From the NCBI GenBank assembly GCA_963664115.2, contig CAXWPJ010000006.1:224088-288087 (forward strand): 64,000 bases of DNA, in the 5' to 3' direction. Origin of the DNA: Terriglobia bacterium. GTDB lineage: Bacteria; Acidobacteriota; Terriglobia; 20CM-2-55-15. Below the pieces are notes generated by a model. That model worked only from the letters and a program-made list of their open reading frames with translations. It searched no databases and was not told the DNA's origin. A program made the position numbers and the translations under genes. Shown here piece by piece: positions 1 through 8,391 of this stretch; the stretch's first letter is position 1, and each line of letters starts with the position of its first letter.

Positions 1-2
1 TC

Positions 3-977
3 GGCCAGGATACAACCTTCCCCTCGTTGGAGTTTGCAACCGAGGATCATTCCAGTCACCTGGGCAGTTGCGCGGGAGACTTCCTGTGTTCTTACATGAG
101 CACAGTGTCCTGGCGGACGCCCACCCAGCCGCTCCCGATGGAGATCAACCCGCGTGTCGTGTTCGAGACGATGTTCGGGGGTTCCGAGTCCACTCCTGAA
201 GCGCGGCAGGCGCGATTGATTCAGAGCACCAGTATCTTGGATACGGTTGCTGAGAGCATCAGCGATCTGCGGCGGGATCTGGGCGCTGGCGATCAGGCTA
301 AGCTCGCCGAATATCTGGAAAACGTCCGCGAGATCGAGCGGCGAATTGTCCAGGGCGAACGGCAGCGCAGCGAAGCGAACCTGGAAGCACCGCCGACTCC
401 GGTCGGTGTGCCCGAGAACTGGGAAGAACACGTCGACCTGTTGTGGGAACTGGGCGCTCTGGCTTACCAGGGAGACCTCACTCGTGTCATCACTTTCATG
501 ATGTCTGCTGAGTTGAGCACACGCAGCTACCCGCAGATCGGTGTCGCTGATGGGCATCACCCGATATCCCACAACAACTTCGTTCCGGAACAGATGGCTA
601 AGAAGGCCAAGGTCGATGCTTACCATGTGCAACGGGTCGCGAAATTCCTGGCGCGATTGGAGTCCATTCCGGCCGGCGACGGGACGTCGCTCCTGGACAA
701 CTTCACATTGCTGTATGGAAGCGGCATGAGCAACTCCAATGCCCATGATCACGTCAACCTGCCGGTATTTGTTGTCAGCGGTAAGCTGGGCGGCAATCGC
801 CACATCAAGGCGGGCGTTGAAGCTGAAACGCGGGACAACGAGCTTGTGCCGAAGTTCAGCACGATGACAAAGATGTCGAATCTCCATCTCGCGCTCATTC
901 AGAGCTCGGGTTCTGAAATGGAATCCTACGGCATTGGTGAGCAAGAGAGCGATGGGGTATTCGATTTCTCCGTCTAG
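3..977 (+). CDS. DUF1552 domain-containing protein, C-terminal part (5' end outside the window)
   Basis: The frame is open from the first bases of the window (GQDTTFPSLEFATED...), so the listed ATG at 27 is probably internal. The motif GVADGHHPISHNNF and the overall sequence resemble the DUF1552 family. Stop TAG at 975-977. Confidence 0.8.
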   Translation, partial: GQDTTFPSLEFATEDHSSHLGSCAGDFLCSYMSTVSWRTPTQPLPMEINPRVVFETMFGGSESTPEARQARLIQSTSILDTVAESISDLRRDLGAGDQAKLAEYLENVREIERRIVQGERQRSEANLEAPPTPVGVPENWEEHVDLLWELGALAYQGDLTRVITFMMSAELSTRSYPQIGVADGHHPISHNNFVPEQMAKKAKVDAYHVQRVAKFLARLESIPAGDGTSLLDNFTLLYGSGMSNSNAHDHVNLPVFVVSGKLGGNRHIKAGVEAETRDNELVPKFSTMTKMSNLHLALIQSSGSEMESYGIGEQESDGVFDFSV

Positions 978-978
978 T

Positions 979-2824
979 CCCTGAACAAGCGTGATTGACG
1001 AGGAAATGATAGTGCAATAAGAGCGGAAGTACCCGAAATGCCCCCTCTCCGTGCGAAAAAAACCTTGAACAGATTCTTCGGAAAAGGAGGCATTTCAGAT
1101 GAACGATTATACGCGCAAGAACATGAGGAACCGCAAGCGGCGAATCGAACGTCGGCTTGGGGACCGGCATTGGACGGATCAGGTAGAGCCGATGTTTTCG
1201 GCGAGCAACATTCAGTACGAGATGGGAGAGCGGACGCGGGGCACATCGGTTGGTGGTATCGGGACGATGCAACTGGTGGCGCGGCGGACCGGGCTGATCG
1301 AAGCCATCGACAAGGGCGTGCATGTGTTGAAGCGGCACCTGCCGTATCACGAGTCGGATCACGTGCTGAACATCGCCTACAACGCCTTGAGCGGAGGAAC
1401 GTGCCTGGAAGACATCGAACTGCGGCGCAACGATGCGGTGTATCTGGATGCGCTGGGAGCGCAACGGATTCCGGATCCGACGACGGCGGGAGACTTCTGC
1501 CGGAGATTCGAGGCCGACGACGTGGAGTGTCTGATGGAGGCAACCAATCAAGTCCGGCTCGGAGTCTGGCGACAGCAACCGGCGGCGTTTTTCGAAGAAG
1601 CGGTGTTGGACGCGGACGGGACACTGGCCGAAACCACGGGGGAATGCAAGCAAGGGATGGACGTGGCCTACGACGGGACGTGGGGATATCACCCGCTGAT
1701 GATCTCGCTGGCCAACACCGCCGAACCGCTGTATCTGGTCAATCGTAGCGGCAACCGGCCGTCGCATGAAGGAGCCGCGGTCCGGTTCGACCAAGCCATC
1801 GCATTGTGCCGGCATGCGGGGTTTCGCCAGATCCTGCTGCGCGGGGACACGGACTTCAGCCAGACCCGGCATCTGGACGGATGGGACGACCAGCAGGTGG
1901 GTTTCATATTCGGGATTGACGCGATGGCGAACCTGAAGGCCCGGGCCGATGAACTGGAGCCGCGCCAGTGGAAGCGCCTGGAACGGCCCGCGAAATACGA
2001 CGTGGCGACCGAACCGCGCCAACGTCCCGACAACGTGAAGGAAGAGATCGTTCGGCAGCGCGGTTTCGACAATATCCGCTTGCAGGGTGAGGATGTGGCC
2101 GAGTTTCGGTATCGACCCGGAGCCTGCGATCGGGACTACCGTGTCGTCGTGGTGCGGAAGAATCTGTCGGTGGCCAAAGGAGAGCAGGTGTTGTTTGACG
2201 ACATCCGGTACTTCTTCTACATTACCAACCGTTCGGATCCGGCCGACCAGATTGTGATGCGTGCCAATCAACGGTGCAATCAGGAGAATCTCATTGAGCA
2301 GTTGAAGAACGGCGTTCAGGCGTTGCGGATGCCGGTCGGAGATCAGACCAGCAACTGGGCCTACATGGTGATCGCGTCACTGGCCTGGACACTGAAAGCG
2401 TGGTTTGCATTGCTGCTTCCCGAAACCGGACGTTGGGGCCAAAAATATCAGGCTGAGAAGCAAACCGTGCTGCGCATGGAGTTCAAAACCTTCTTGAACG
2501 CTTTCATGCTTGTGCCGTGCCAACTCGTGCGCACCGGGCGGCGCATTCTGTTCCGGATCCTGGCCTGGAACCGGTGGTTGCCGGTCTTGTTCCGCGGGGT
2601 GGATGTGTTGCGTCAGCCTCTGCGATGTTGACCCGATCATGACTCTGAGCCCGGGCGATCGAGGTCCCGGTTTCTGTCAACCGTCCAACACCAGCGAGGC
2701 TGAACTGAAACAGATTCAACAGAAACTCGATACCTGGAACAGGCCATCCGGGAACGGGATTCTATGCCTCGAATTCTATCGGCGCGAACTGGGCCTCGGC
2801 GGACTGGTTATGCGCTTGTTTTGG
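979..2824 (+). mobile_element. IS1380-family-like insertion sequence, apparently intact
   Basis: Single transposase ORF. Terminal inverted repeats CCCTGAACAAGCG (979-991) and CGCTTGTTTTGGG (2812-2824) match at 11/13 positions by eye. Identical TCTAGT lies immediately outside both ends (973-978 and 2825-2830), consistent with a target-site duplication. Length 1846 bp fits the family. Confidence 0.7.
1099..2631 (+). CDS. DDE transposase, IS1380-family-like
   Basis: 510 aa. The N-terminal block HESDHVLNIAYNALSGGTCLEDIELRRNDAVYLDALGAQRIPDPTTAGDFCRRF matches the pattern I recall for IS1380-type transposases. RBS AAGGAGG precedes the ATG. Confidence 0.75.
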   Translation: MNDYTRKNMRNRKRRIERRLGDRHWTDQVEPMFSASNIQYEMGERTRGTSVGGIGTMQLVARRTGLIEAIDKGVHVLKRHLPYHESDHVLNIAYNALSGGTCLEDIELRRNDAVYLDALGAQRIPDPTTAGDFCRRFEADDVECLMEATNQVRLGVWRQQPAAFFEEAVLDADGTLAETTGECKQGMDVAYDGTWGYHPLMISLANTAEPLYLVNRSGNRPSHEGAAVRFDQAIALCRHAGFRQILLRGDTDFSQTRHLDGWDDQQVGFIFGIDAMANLKARADELEPRQWKRLERPAKYDVATEPRQRPDNVKEEIVRQRGFDNIRLQGEDVAEFRYRPGACDRDYRVVVVRKNLSVAKGEQVLFDDIRYFFYITNRSDPADQIVMRANQRCNQENLIEQLKNGVQALRMPVGDQTSNWAYMVIASLAWTLKAWFALLLPETGRWGQKYQAEKQTVLRMEFKTFLNAFMLVPCQLVRTGRRILFRILAWNRWLPVLFRGVDVLRQPLRC

Positions 2825-2861
2825 GTCTAGTTAGCGTTAGTTAAGTTAAGGTCAGTGGCTT

Positions 2862-2912
2862 GGGTCTGGACCTTCTCCGATCCTCCATCGGAAGGGTTCA
2901 GACCAGCATTTT
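2862..2912 (+). terminator. Rho-independent terminator-like hairpin, probably the displaced terminator of the DUF1552 gene
   Basis: Imperfect long stem GGTCTGGACCTTCTCCGAT / ATCGGAAGGGTTCAGACC followed by a TTTTT run (2908-2912). It now lies just beyond the right end of the IS1380-like element. Confidence 0.55.
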
Positions 2913-2950
2913 TAGATATTTTTTAAGGGGTAGTGAGGAGGTATTCGAGT

Positions 2951-4372
2951 ATGCGTGTCCGACAAGTGTTAGGGCTGTTGCTGGTAACGGCGCTCACAGT
3001 CACCAGCGCGACAGCCCAAATCCGGAGTAGCAACGTTGATCTTGTCCGAGCGGTTAAGGATCAGGATATGGCGACCGCCCGTGAACTAATCGCGGCGGGT
3101 GCCGACGTGACCGAACAGGACAGTGAAACGATGACGGCTCTCCACTGGGCGGCACACTGGAATGATCTGGAGATGGTGGAACTTCTTCTCAGTGAAGGTG
3201 CCGCGGCAGAGGTGAGCAACCGTTACGGTGTGACGCCACTTCACGAAGCAAGTCTCGTCGCCAACCCAGAGCTGATCCAGGTGCTCCTCCGGGCGGGTGC
3301 GCAGGCGAACACGGGCTTCGGTACCGGTGAAACTCCGGTTATGACCGCGGCTCGAACCGGTAACGTAGAGGCCGTACGCATCTTGTTGACGAATGGTGGC
3401 GGGGTAGACACTAGCGAAGAGTGGCGTGGGCAGACGCCGCTCATGTATGCGGCCAGCGAAGGCCATGCCGAGATGGTGGCATTCCTGATCGAAGAGGGTG
3501 CCAACGTCGATCAGCTTTCCAGACTGATCGAGTTCGAAGAACTGGTGAGCGGCAACGGCGGCGCCGAAGTGAATCGGCCTCCAGGCGGCTTATCATCACT
3601 GTTTTACGCAGCGCGTAGCGGTGCGGATGCGGCCGGTGCAGTCTTGATCGCGGCAGGCGCAGATATGGACGTTCAGGAAACGCTGTACGGATTATCCCCG
3701 CTGGAGGCGGCCATCATCAATGGCCACTGGGATTTCGCAGCGATGTTGATCGAGGCCGGTGCCGACGTGGACAATGGCGCTCTCTACACGGCAATTGAAT
3801 CGCGCAATACACCGGCGTACACGAATCGACCGGCGCCTCCTAGACAGGACGTGAACTACGATTCTACGGACGTGATCGAAATGCTGCTGGCAGCGGGAGC
3901 CGACCCCAGTCGCGTTCACGACCAGACTGAGATGCCCGAACGTCAGGCGCAGGGAAGAGTCAACGTTCTGGCAGGTTCGAGGCCTTTGTATAGAGCGATG
4001 CTGTCCTCCGACATCGAGGGGATAGAGTTACTTCTGGCTCACGGCGCGAATGCTTCCGCAGGAGCCCGCGACGGTTCCACTCCTTTGATGATCGCAGCCG
4101 GAATGAGAGCCCGCGGTCGTTATGACAATGCTCTGGGACCGCAAGCTCCTGAGAGACTTGGCCTGGTGAAGTTGTTGCTTTCCAACGGCGCGAGTCTTGA
4201 TGCAGCTCAAGGCCGGAGCGGTGACACTGCGGCGCACTACGCGGCTCGGGCGGGTAACGAGCATCTGCTGGACTATCTGGCAGCGATGGGCGCCGACGTG
4301 AACCTGGCAAACGAGGAAGAGCAGACTCCGCGTGCTCTGCTCGCGACTCGCCTGGCTCGCTTAGACCCTTAG
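2951..4372 (+). CDS. Secreted ankyrin-repeat protein
   Basis: Multiple ankyrin repeats (TALHWAAHWNDLEMVELLLSEGA, TPLHEAS..., TPLMYAASEGHAEMVAFLIEEGAN, etc.). N-terminal signal peptide MRVRQVLGLLLVTALTVTSATAQ. The ATG at 2951 is preferred over the listed GTG at 2933 because AGGAGG lies 9 nt upstream. Confidence 0.9.
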   Translation: MRVRQVLGLLLVTALTVTSATAQIRSSNVDLVRAVKDQDMATARELIAAGADVTEQDSETMTALHWAAHWNDLEMVELLLSEGAAAEVSNRYGVTPLHEASLVANPELIQVLLRAGAQANTGFGTGETPVMTAARTGNVEAVRILLTNGGGVDTSEEWRGQTPLMYAASEGHAEMVAFLIEEGANVDQLSRLIEFEELVSGNGGAEVNRPPGGLSSLFYAARSGADAAGAVLIAAGADMDVQETLYGLSPLEAAIINGHWDFAAMLIEAGADVDNGALYTAIESRNTPAYTNRPAPPRQDVNYDSTDVIEMLLAAGADPSRVHDQTEMPERQAQGRVNVLAGSRPLYRAMLSSDIEGIELLLAHGANASAGARDGSTPLMIAAGMRARGRYDNALGPQAPERLGLVKLLLSNGASLDAAQGRSGDTAAHYAARAGNEHLLDYLAAMGADVNLANEEEQTPRALLATRLARLDP

Positions 4373-4385
4373 TCGTTATTTCGGA

Positions 4386-4421
4386 CGTGTCGTGTGTGTT
4401 AATTAGTACACGCACGACACG
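4386..4421 (+). terminator. Hairpin downstream of the ankyrin gene (terminator-like, no U-tract)
   Basis: CGTGTCGTGTGTGT - TAATTAG - ACACGCACGACACG, about 14 bp stem with one G-T pair. No T-run follows, so terminator function is uncertain. Confidence 0.35.
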
Positions 4422-4693
4422 GACCGCCTCTGATACGACCCTTCTTGGATTCGCGTACCGCTTGAGTTATTTGCTCATTCGGGTGCGCGAATAATTTTTC
4501 TGAGTCGATTTCCCTTGCGATCCAAGCAATCATAGATAGATACCTGTGAATGCAGTATCGACATTGCCTGTTTTGTGATTCCGAAAGAGGAGAGGAGAGG
4601 AGAAGATGGGGAGATTTGGAGCCGGATGGAAGCCGGCCCCGAGGTTAATTTGCGCATTGCTCATGCTGGTTGTGGGTGCTGCGATCGTTTCGG

Positions 4694-6078
4694 GAGTTAT
4701 AACCGAATCTGGTGTTTGAGGGATTGAATAAGAGCGGCGTATCTGGTTGATTTGTTGTGACAAAACTTCAAAGCAACCATAGGAGATACGCCACTGTGAG
4801 CAAGAGTAACGTGAATGGACCGGAAGGTCGAGAAACGATTGAGGATCCAGTAACAGAACTACTACGAGTTGGGGCACAGCAACTGATCCAACGCGCAGTG
4901 GAAGCCGAATTGGCAGAGCTGCTATCCCAGCACGGTGGCCGGCGAACTGAGACAGGAAACGCCGGGGTGGTACGCAACGGTTATCTGCCGGAACGCGAAC
5001 TGCAGACGGGATTGGGTCCGGTAACAGTCCAAATCCCGAAGGTCCGTGCCAAGACGGGCGAAGCTGTGACGTTCCGATCGGCCCTGGTACCACCGTACAT
5101 TCGGAAGACGAAGTCGCTGGAAGCAGCGGTGCCGTGGTTGTATTTGAAAGGCGTTTCCAGCGGCGAGATGGGTGAGGCCCTAAAAGTTCTTGTCGGTCCC
5201 CAGGCGCAGGGTCTGTCGGCGAGCACGGTATCGCGGTTGAAACAGGTTTGGGGCGAACAGTACCGCCTCGGATGCGAGGAGCGTTTGGATGCAGATCGCT
5301 GGGTCTATGTCTGGGCCGACGGCATCTACAGCGGACTTCGGGCGGAACAAACCAAGTTGTGTGCATTGGTCGTGATCGGCGTGAATGAACGCGGAGAGAA
5401 GCGTTTCCTGGCGATCGAAGACGGTGTACGGGAATCGACACAGAGTTGGCGCGAGGTCTTGTTGAAGCTGAAGTCCCGTGGGATGAATGTTCCGAAGTTG
5501 GCCATCGGTGACGGTGCGATGGGGTTCTGGGCCGCACTGGAGGAAATCTATCCCGAGACACGTCAACAACGTTGCTGGATGCACAAAGTCATGAACGTCC
5601 TCAACTGCCTGCCCAAGTCGGTCCAGGCGAAGGCGAAACAGGCCCTGCACTCGATCTGGCAGGCCGAGACGAAGGCAGACGCCGAGAAGGCATTCGACTT
5701 GTTCATTGAAACCTATGAACCGAAGTATCCGAAAGCCACACTCTGCCTGCAGAAAGACAGAGAGGAACTGCTGGCCTTTTACGACTTTCCGGCCAAGCAC
5801 TGGCAGAGCATCAGAACGACGAATCCCATTGAGTCGACCTTTGCCACCATTCGACACCGAACGAAGCGATCCAGAGGTTGCCTGACACGGGATGGCATGC
5901 TGCACATGATGTTCAAACTGGGCCAGTGCGCTGAGAACAATTGGCGACGATTACGAGGATTCGATGATCTGAGCAAGGTAATCATCGGAGTGAAATTCAA
6001 CGATGGTGTCGAAGCGACACAAGTCGATCAGGCCGCCGCTTGAATCAATCTCCTAAACACCACTTTTGACAATAACTC
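4694..6078 (+). mobile_element. IS256-family insertion sequence, intact, with 9 bp target-site duplication
   Basis: Left end GAGTTATAACCGAATCTGGTGTTTGAGGGATTGA versus the reverse complement of the right end GAGTTATTGTCAAAAGTGGTGTTTAGGAGATTGA (25/34 identical by eye). Perfect direct repeat TCGTTTCGG at 4685-4693 and 6079-6087. Length 1385 bp. Confidence 0.9.
4757..6043 (+). CDS. IS256-family (Mutator-type) transposase
   Basis: 428 aa. Typical IS256 blocks are present: ELLRVGAQQLIQRAVEAELAELL, RNGYLPERELQTGLGPVTVQIPKVR, WADGIY, QRCWMHKVMNVLN, IRTTNPIESTF. Confidence 0.95.
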   Translation: MTKLQSNHRRYATVSKSNVNGPEGRETIEDPVTELLRVGAQQLIQRAVEAELAELLSQHGGRRTETGNAGVVRNGYLPERELQTGLGPVTVQIPKVRAKTGEAVTFRSALVPPYIRKTKSLEAAVPWLYLKGVSSGEMGEALKVLVGPQAQGLSASTVSRLKQVWGEQYRLGCEERLDADRWVYVWADGIYSGLRAEQTKLCALVVIGVNERGEKRFLAIEDGVRESTQSWREVLLKLKSRGMNVPKLAIGDGAMGFWAALEEIYPETRQQRCWMHKVMNVLNCLPKSVQAKAKQALHSIWQAETKADAEKAFDLFIETYEPKYPKATLCLQKDREELLAFYDFPAKHWQSIRTTNPIESTFATIRHRTKRSRGCLTRDGMLHMMFKLGQCAENNWRRLRGFDDLSKVIIGVKFNDGVEATQVDQAAA

Positions 6079-6087
6079 TCGTTTCGG

Positions 6088-6385
6088 TTTCAGGGGTCGA
6101 AGCTTCGACGCTGCAACCAGCGGCGATCTCAGGGAGAAAGCTGCAAGAAGGGACAGCTCCGGATGCTGAGGCCTTGAGGCGAGGTCAGCAAATTGTGGAA
6201 AGTGCATATGCCATGAGTTGGATCTGGTGGAAAGCGAGCGGTTGAGCCGGGAGGACTGAGGATACATCATACAGGCGATGCTGGTGAACGGTTCCGATCT
6301 GTCGGAACGTGAAATGCCTCTGGTCCTGGACTACTTGTCGACGGCCTTTCCTGCGCGGCCTGCGGCCGCACCTGAAGAGGATTGA
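6088..6385 (+). pseudogene. Decayed cytochrome-c-like gene, downstream part (upstream part is about 4605-4693, separated by the IS256 insertion)
   Basis: Removing the IS and one TSD copy joins a hydrophobic N-terminal stretch (..VLAIVSVSG..) to ..APDAEALRRGQQIVES.. (frame 3). The sequence continues in frame 2 as ..CGKCICHELDLVESERLSRED-TGA-GYIIQAMLVNGSDLSEREMPLVLDYLSTAFP. This needs a frameshift near 6195-6205 and read-through of an in-frame TGA (6257-6259) where such domains usually have Trp. The haem motif is degenerate. Confidence 0.35.
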
Positions 6386-6480
6386 ATGAGAGAACGCCCG
6401 CCGAGGAGCTGAAACTGGACTCGCTCTGCCGGGAATCCCTCGTAAGGCAGAATGGTGATGTCGAAAGGAGGGTAGTAAAA

Positions 6481-6873
6481 ATGAGACTGTCATCGGCATT
6501 TGCGCTGGCGGCGGTGCTTCTGACAATGGCAACGCTGCCATCCGGTGTGCCGCTTGCCGCGGCGCATCATTCTCAAGCCGCGGCGTTCCATATGGATCAA
6601 TGGGTGGAAATTGAAGGGATTGTCCAGCGCTGGCTCTTCAGGAATCCACATCCCGTTCTTTACCTGGAAGTCATCGGAGAGAACGACGAACCCGTCACGT
6701 GGCAGATCGAGTTTGCCCCGGCGACCGTCCTGGCAAAGATGGGCTGGGACACCGAGACGTTTTTGCCGGGACAGGACATTGCCGCAAGAGGACACCCATC
6801 ACGCGCTCAGGGCACCTATGGCATGGCGGCTGGCGCTGAAATTACACGCGAAGATGGCAATCGGGTCCGCTGA
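6481..6873 (+). CDS. Small secreted protein, His-His mature N-terminus family (copy 1); possibly the Pfam DUF6152 family (from memory)
   Basis: ATG at 6481 preceded by AGGAGG. Signal peptide ends ..PLAAA, then HHSQAAAF. The core WVEIEGIVQRWLFRNPHPVLYL ... IEFAPATVLAKMGW ... PGQDIAARGHP is shared with the genes at 7893, 34519 and 37611. Confidence 0.85.
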   Translation: MRLSSAFALAAVLLTMATLPSGVPLAAAHHSQAAAFHMDQWVEIEGIVQRWLFRNPHPVLYLEVIGENDEPVTWQIEFAPATVLAKMGWDTETFLPGQDIAARGHPSRAQGTYGMAAGAEITREDGNRVR

Positions 6874-6982
6874 TTGAGAAACTACAACGAGCCCTCTTTG
6901 GCAGCCCTTGAGACTTCTGCCACGGGCTGTTAGGCCTTGGGTTCCGTCCGAATTTTTCGATCCCATAGGGAGTTTCAAGAAT

Positions 6983-7837
6983 ATGAACTGCACGAGGGAA
7001 GGGTTGCTGCGACAAAGAGTTCGAACCGCGTTGGGATTTTCGATTTTCGCCCTGCTTCTGCTGGGTTGTATGCCGATCCAGCTGTCGGCACAGCTGCCCG
7101 ACGCGTCCAACGGAGTGCCGGATCTGACCGGAATCTGGTCGAGAGGTAGAAATAACTGTACGCCTAATGGCGTGACCTGCCCCTTCATCTTCAGCGAAAT
7201 TCCACTGAAAGCGCGTGCGATAGGATTCATGGCCGCGTGGGACGAGGCCGCGGGACCCAAGTACGATTGTGTGCCGGCGACGTCACCGTCTGTTGTGGCG
7301 GACCCGTATTCCATTCAGATCGAGCAACAGATAGACCGCGTCATCTTCACTTACGAGAAGGACGACATCATTCGGACAGTCTGGCTGGAGGGTCACGGAC
7401 ACCCGGACCCGCAACCCTACGACTTTACAGTGCAGGGATACTCGACCGGCCGATATGAGGACGGAAACCTTGTCGTTGAGACGACGAAGTTCACCTTCGA
7501 TCCGCACGGGCTGGACGACATGGCGAACGTGCCATCCTCCACGTTGAAGCGCGTCGTTGAAAGTTCCTCCACGTTGAAGTGCGTCGTTGAAAGTTATTCG
7601 TCGGATGGAGAAAACATGAGGGCGGAGGTGGTGACAGAAGATCCCGTCTTTCTAAACGGGCCGATCCAGTTTGCCATTGAGTGGGTTCCCCAGGACGAAC
7701 CCTTGATACTTCCATATGCCTGCCTGCCAGAACTGGCGAGACAGCCGGCGCAGTTTATTCCTTCAAAATACGAAGATCCGGACATGTTCAGGGTGCGCCT
7801 TCCCGCTGCATTTCCACCGGCTGGAGAGCCCGAGTGA
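6983..7837 (+). CDS. Secreted partner protein of unknown function (copy 1)
   Basis: Signal peptide ..LLGCMPIQLSAQ. Collinear motifs DLTGIW, RTVWLEGHGHP, GYSTGRYEDGNLVVETTKF, EDPVFL and PYAC are shared with the genes at 35322 and 38128. ATG at 6983 is preferred to the listed TTG at 6908. Confidence 0.8.
   Translation: MNCTREGLLRQRVRTALGFSIFALLLLGCMPIQLSAQLPDASNGVPDLTGIWSRGRNNCTPNGVTCPFIFSEIPLKARAIGFMAAWDEAAGPKYDCVPATSPSVVADPYSIQIEQQIDRVIFTYEKDDIIRTVWLEGHGHPDPQPYDFTVQGYSTGRYEDGNLVVETTKFTFDPHGLDDMANVPSSTLKRVVESSSTLKCVVESYSSDGENMRAEVVTEDPVFLNGPIQFAIEWVPQDEPLILPYACLPELARQPAQFIPSKYEDPDMFRVRLPAAFPPAGEPE
7535..7594 (+). repeat. In-frame 30 bp tandem duplication inside the CDS 6983-7837
   Basis: TCCTCCACGTTGAAGCGCGTCGTTGAAAGT occurs twice in tandem (7535-7564 and 7565-7594) with one mismatch. 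It encodes SSTLKRVVES / SSTLKCVVES. Confidence 0.95.
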
Positions 7838-7892
7838 GTCAAACAGAGGGTCCTGATTCTCAAATGCTGGACTATAAAAAGAGGTTAATAGC

Positions 7893-8264
7893 ATGCGATA
7901 CTTTTTTCCCGGTCTGATTTTAACCGGCCTCTGTTTGTCAGCTCTTCCCGGGTTTGCCCACCACGCGACGACAGCCTTCTACCATCAGGATCAGTGGGTG
8001 GAGATCGAGGGTGTCGTCCAGCAGTGGCTCTTCAGGAATCCGCATCCCGTCCTTTACGTCCAGGCTCCTGACGCGGATGGAGAGATCCGGGTGTTTGAGA
8101 TCGGTTTCGCCCCGGCAACTGTGTTGGCAAAGCGAGGGTGGAGTACGGAAACCTTTCAGGAGGGCGATGTCATTCAAGCGAGAGGGCACCCGTCCAAGGC
8201 GCCAGGGACCTATGGGTTAAGTGGAGCGGCGATCCGTCGGGAGGATGGCACCGAAGTCCGTTAG
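7893..8264 (+). CDS. Small secreted protein, His-His mature N-terminus family (copy 2)
   Basis: Signal peptide ..LSALPGFA, then HHATTAFY. WVEIEGVVQQWLFRNPHPVLYV and FAPATVLAKRGW are closely related to copy 1 at both protein and DNA level. Confidence 0.85.
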   Translation: MRYFFPGLILTGLCLSALPGFAHHATTAFYHQDQWVEIEGVVQQWLFRNPHPVLYVQAPDADGEIRVFEIGFAPATVLAKRGWSTETFQEGDVIQARGHPSKAPGTYGLSGAAIRREDGTEVR

Positions 8265-8391
8265 AGGGCTCCTGGAGGTTGTCGAAAGTCATAGTCCTTA
8301 GGTCTTGCGCCAACCCGTGTAAGTTGAATAAAATTGGCTGTTTCGAATAGCTACATCTGCATATAAATCACAATTGGGTATAAGGAGATTT

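Noticed and set aside
895-2271. Long antisense ORF (458 aa) opposite the IS1380-like transposase. Similar shadow ORFs occur at 4530-5561, 22501-23301, 25113-26165, 30472-32187, 45371-46669 and 58032-58757.
   Set aside because: Each lies opposite a CDS with clear family motifs. Their translations are Arg/Pro/Gly-rich low-complexity sequence, typical of GC-rich shadow frames, with no recognisable domains.
979-6078. Composite transposon formed by the two IS elements around the ankyrin gene.
   Set aside because: The two elements belong to different families (IS1380-like and IS256) and each has its own target-site duplication. This indicates independent insertions rather than a mobilisable composite unit.
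6257-6259. In-frame TGA at a Trp-like position as evidence for an alternative genetic code or selenocysteine.
   Set aside because: Many well-supported genes in the window terminate at TGA (for example both transposases and the LLM gene). The same region also carries a frameshift and an IS insertion, and no SECIS-like hairpin was evident. A decayed gene is the simpler explanation.
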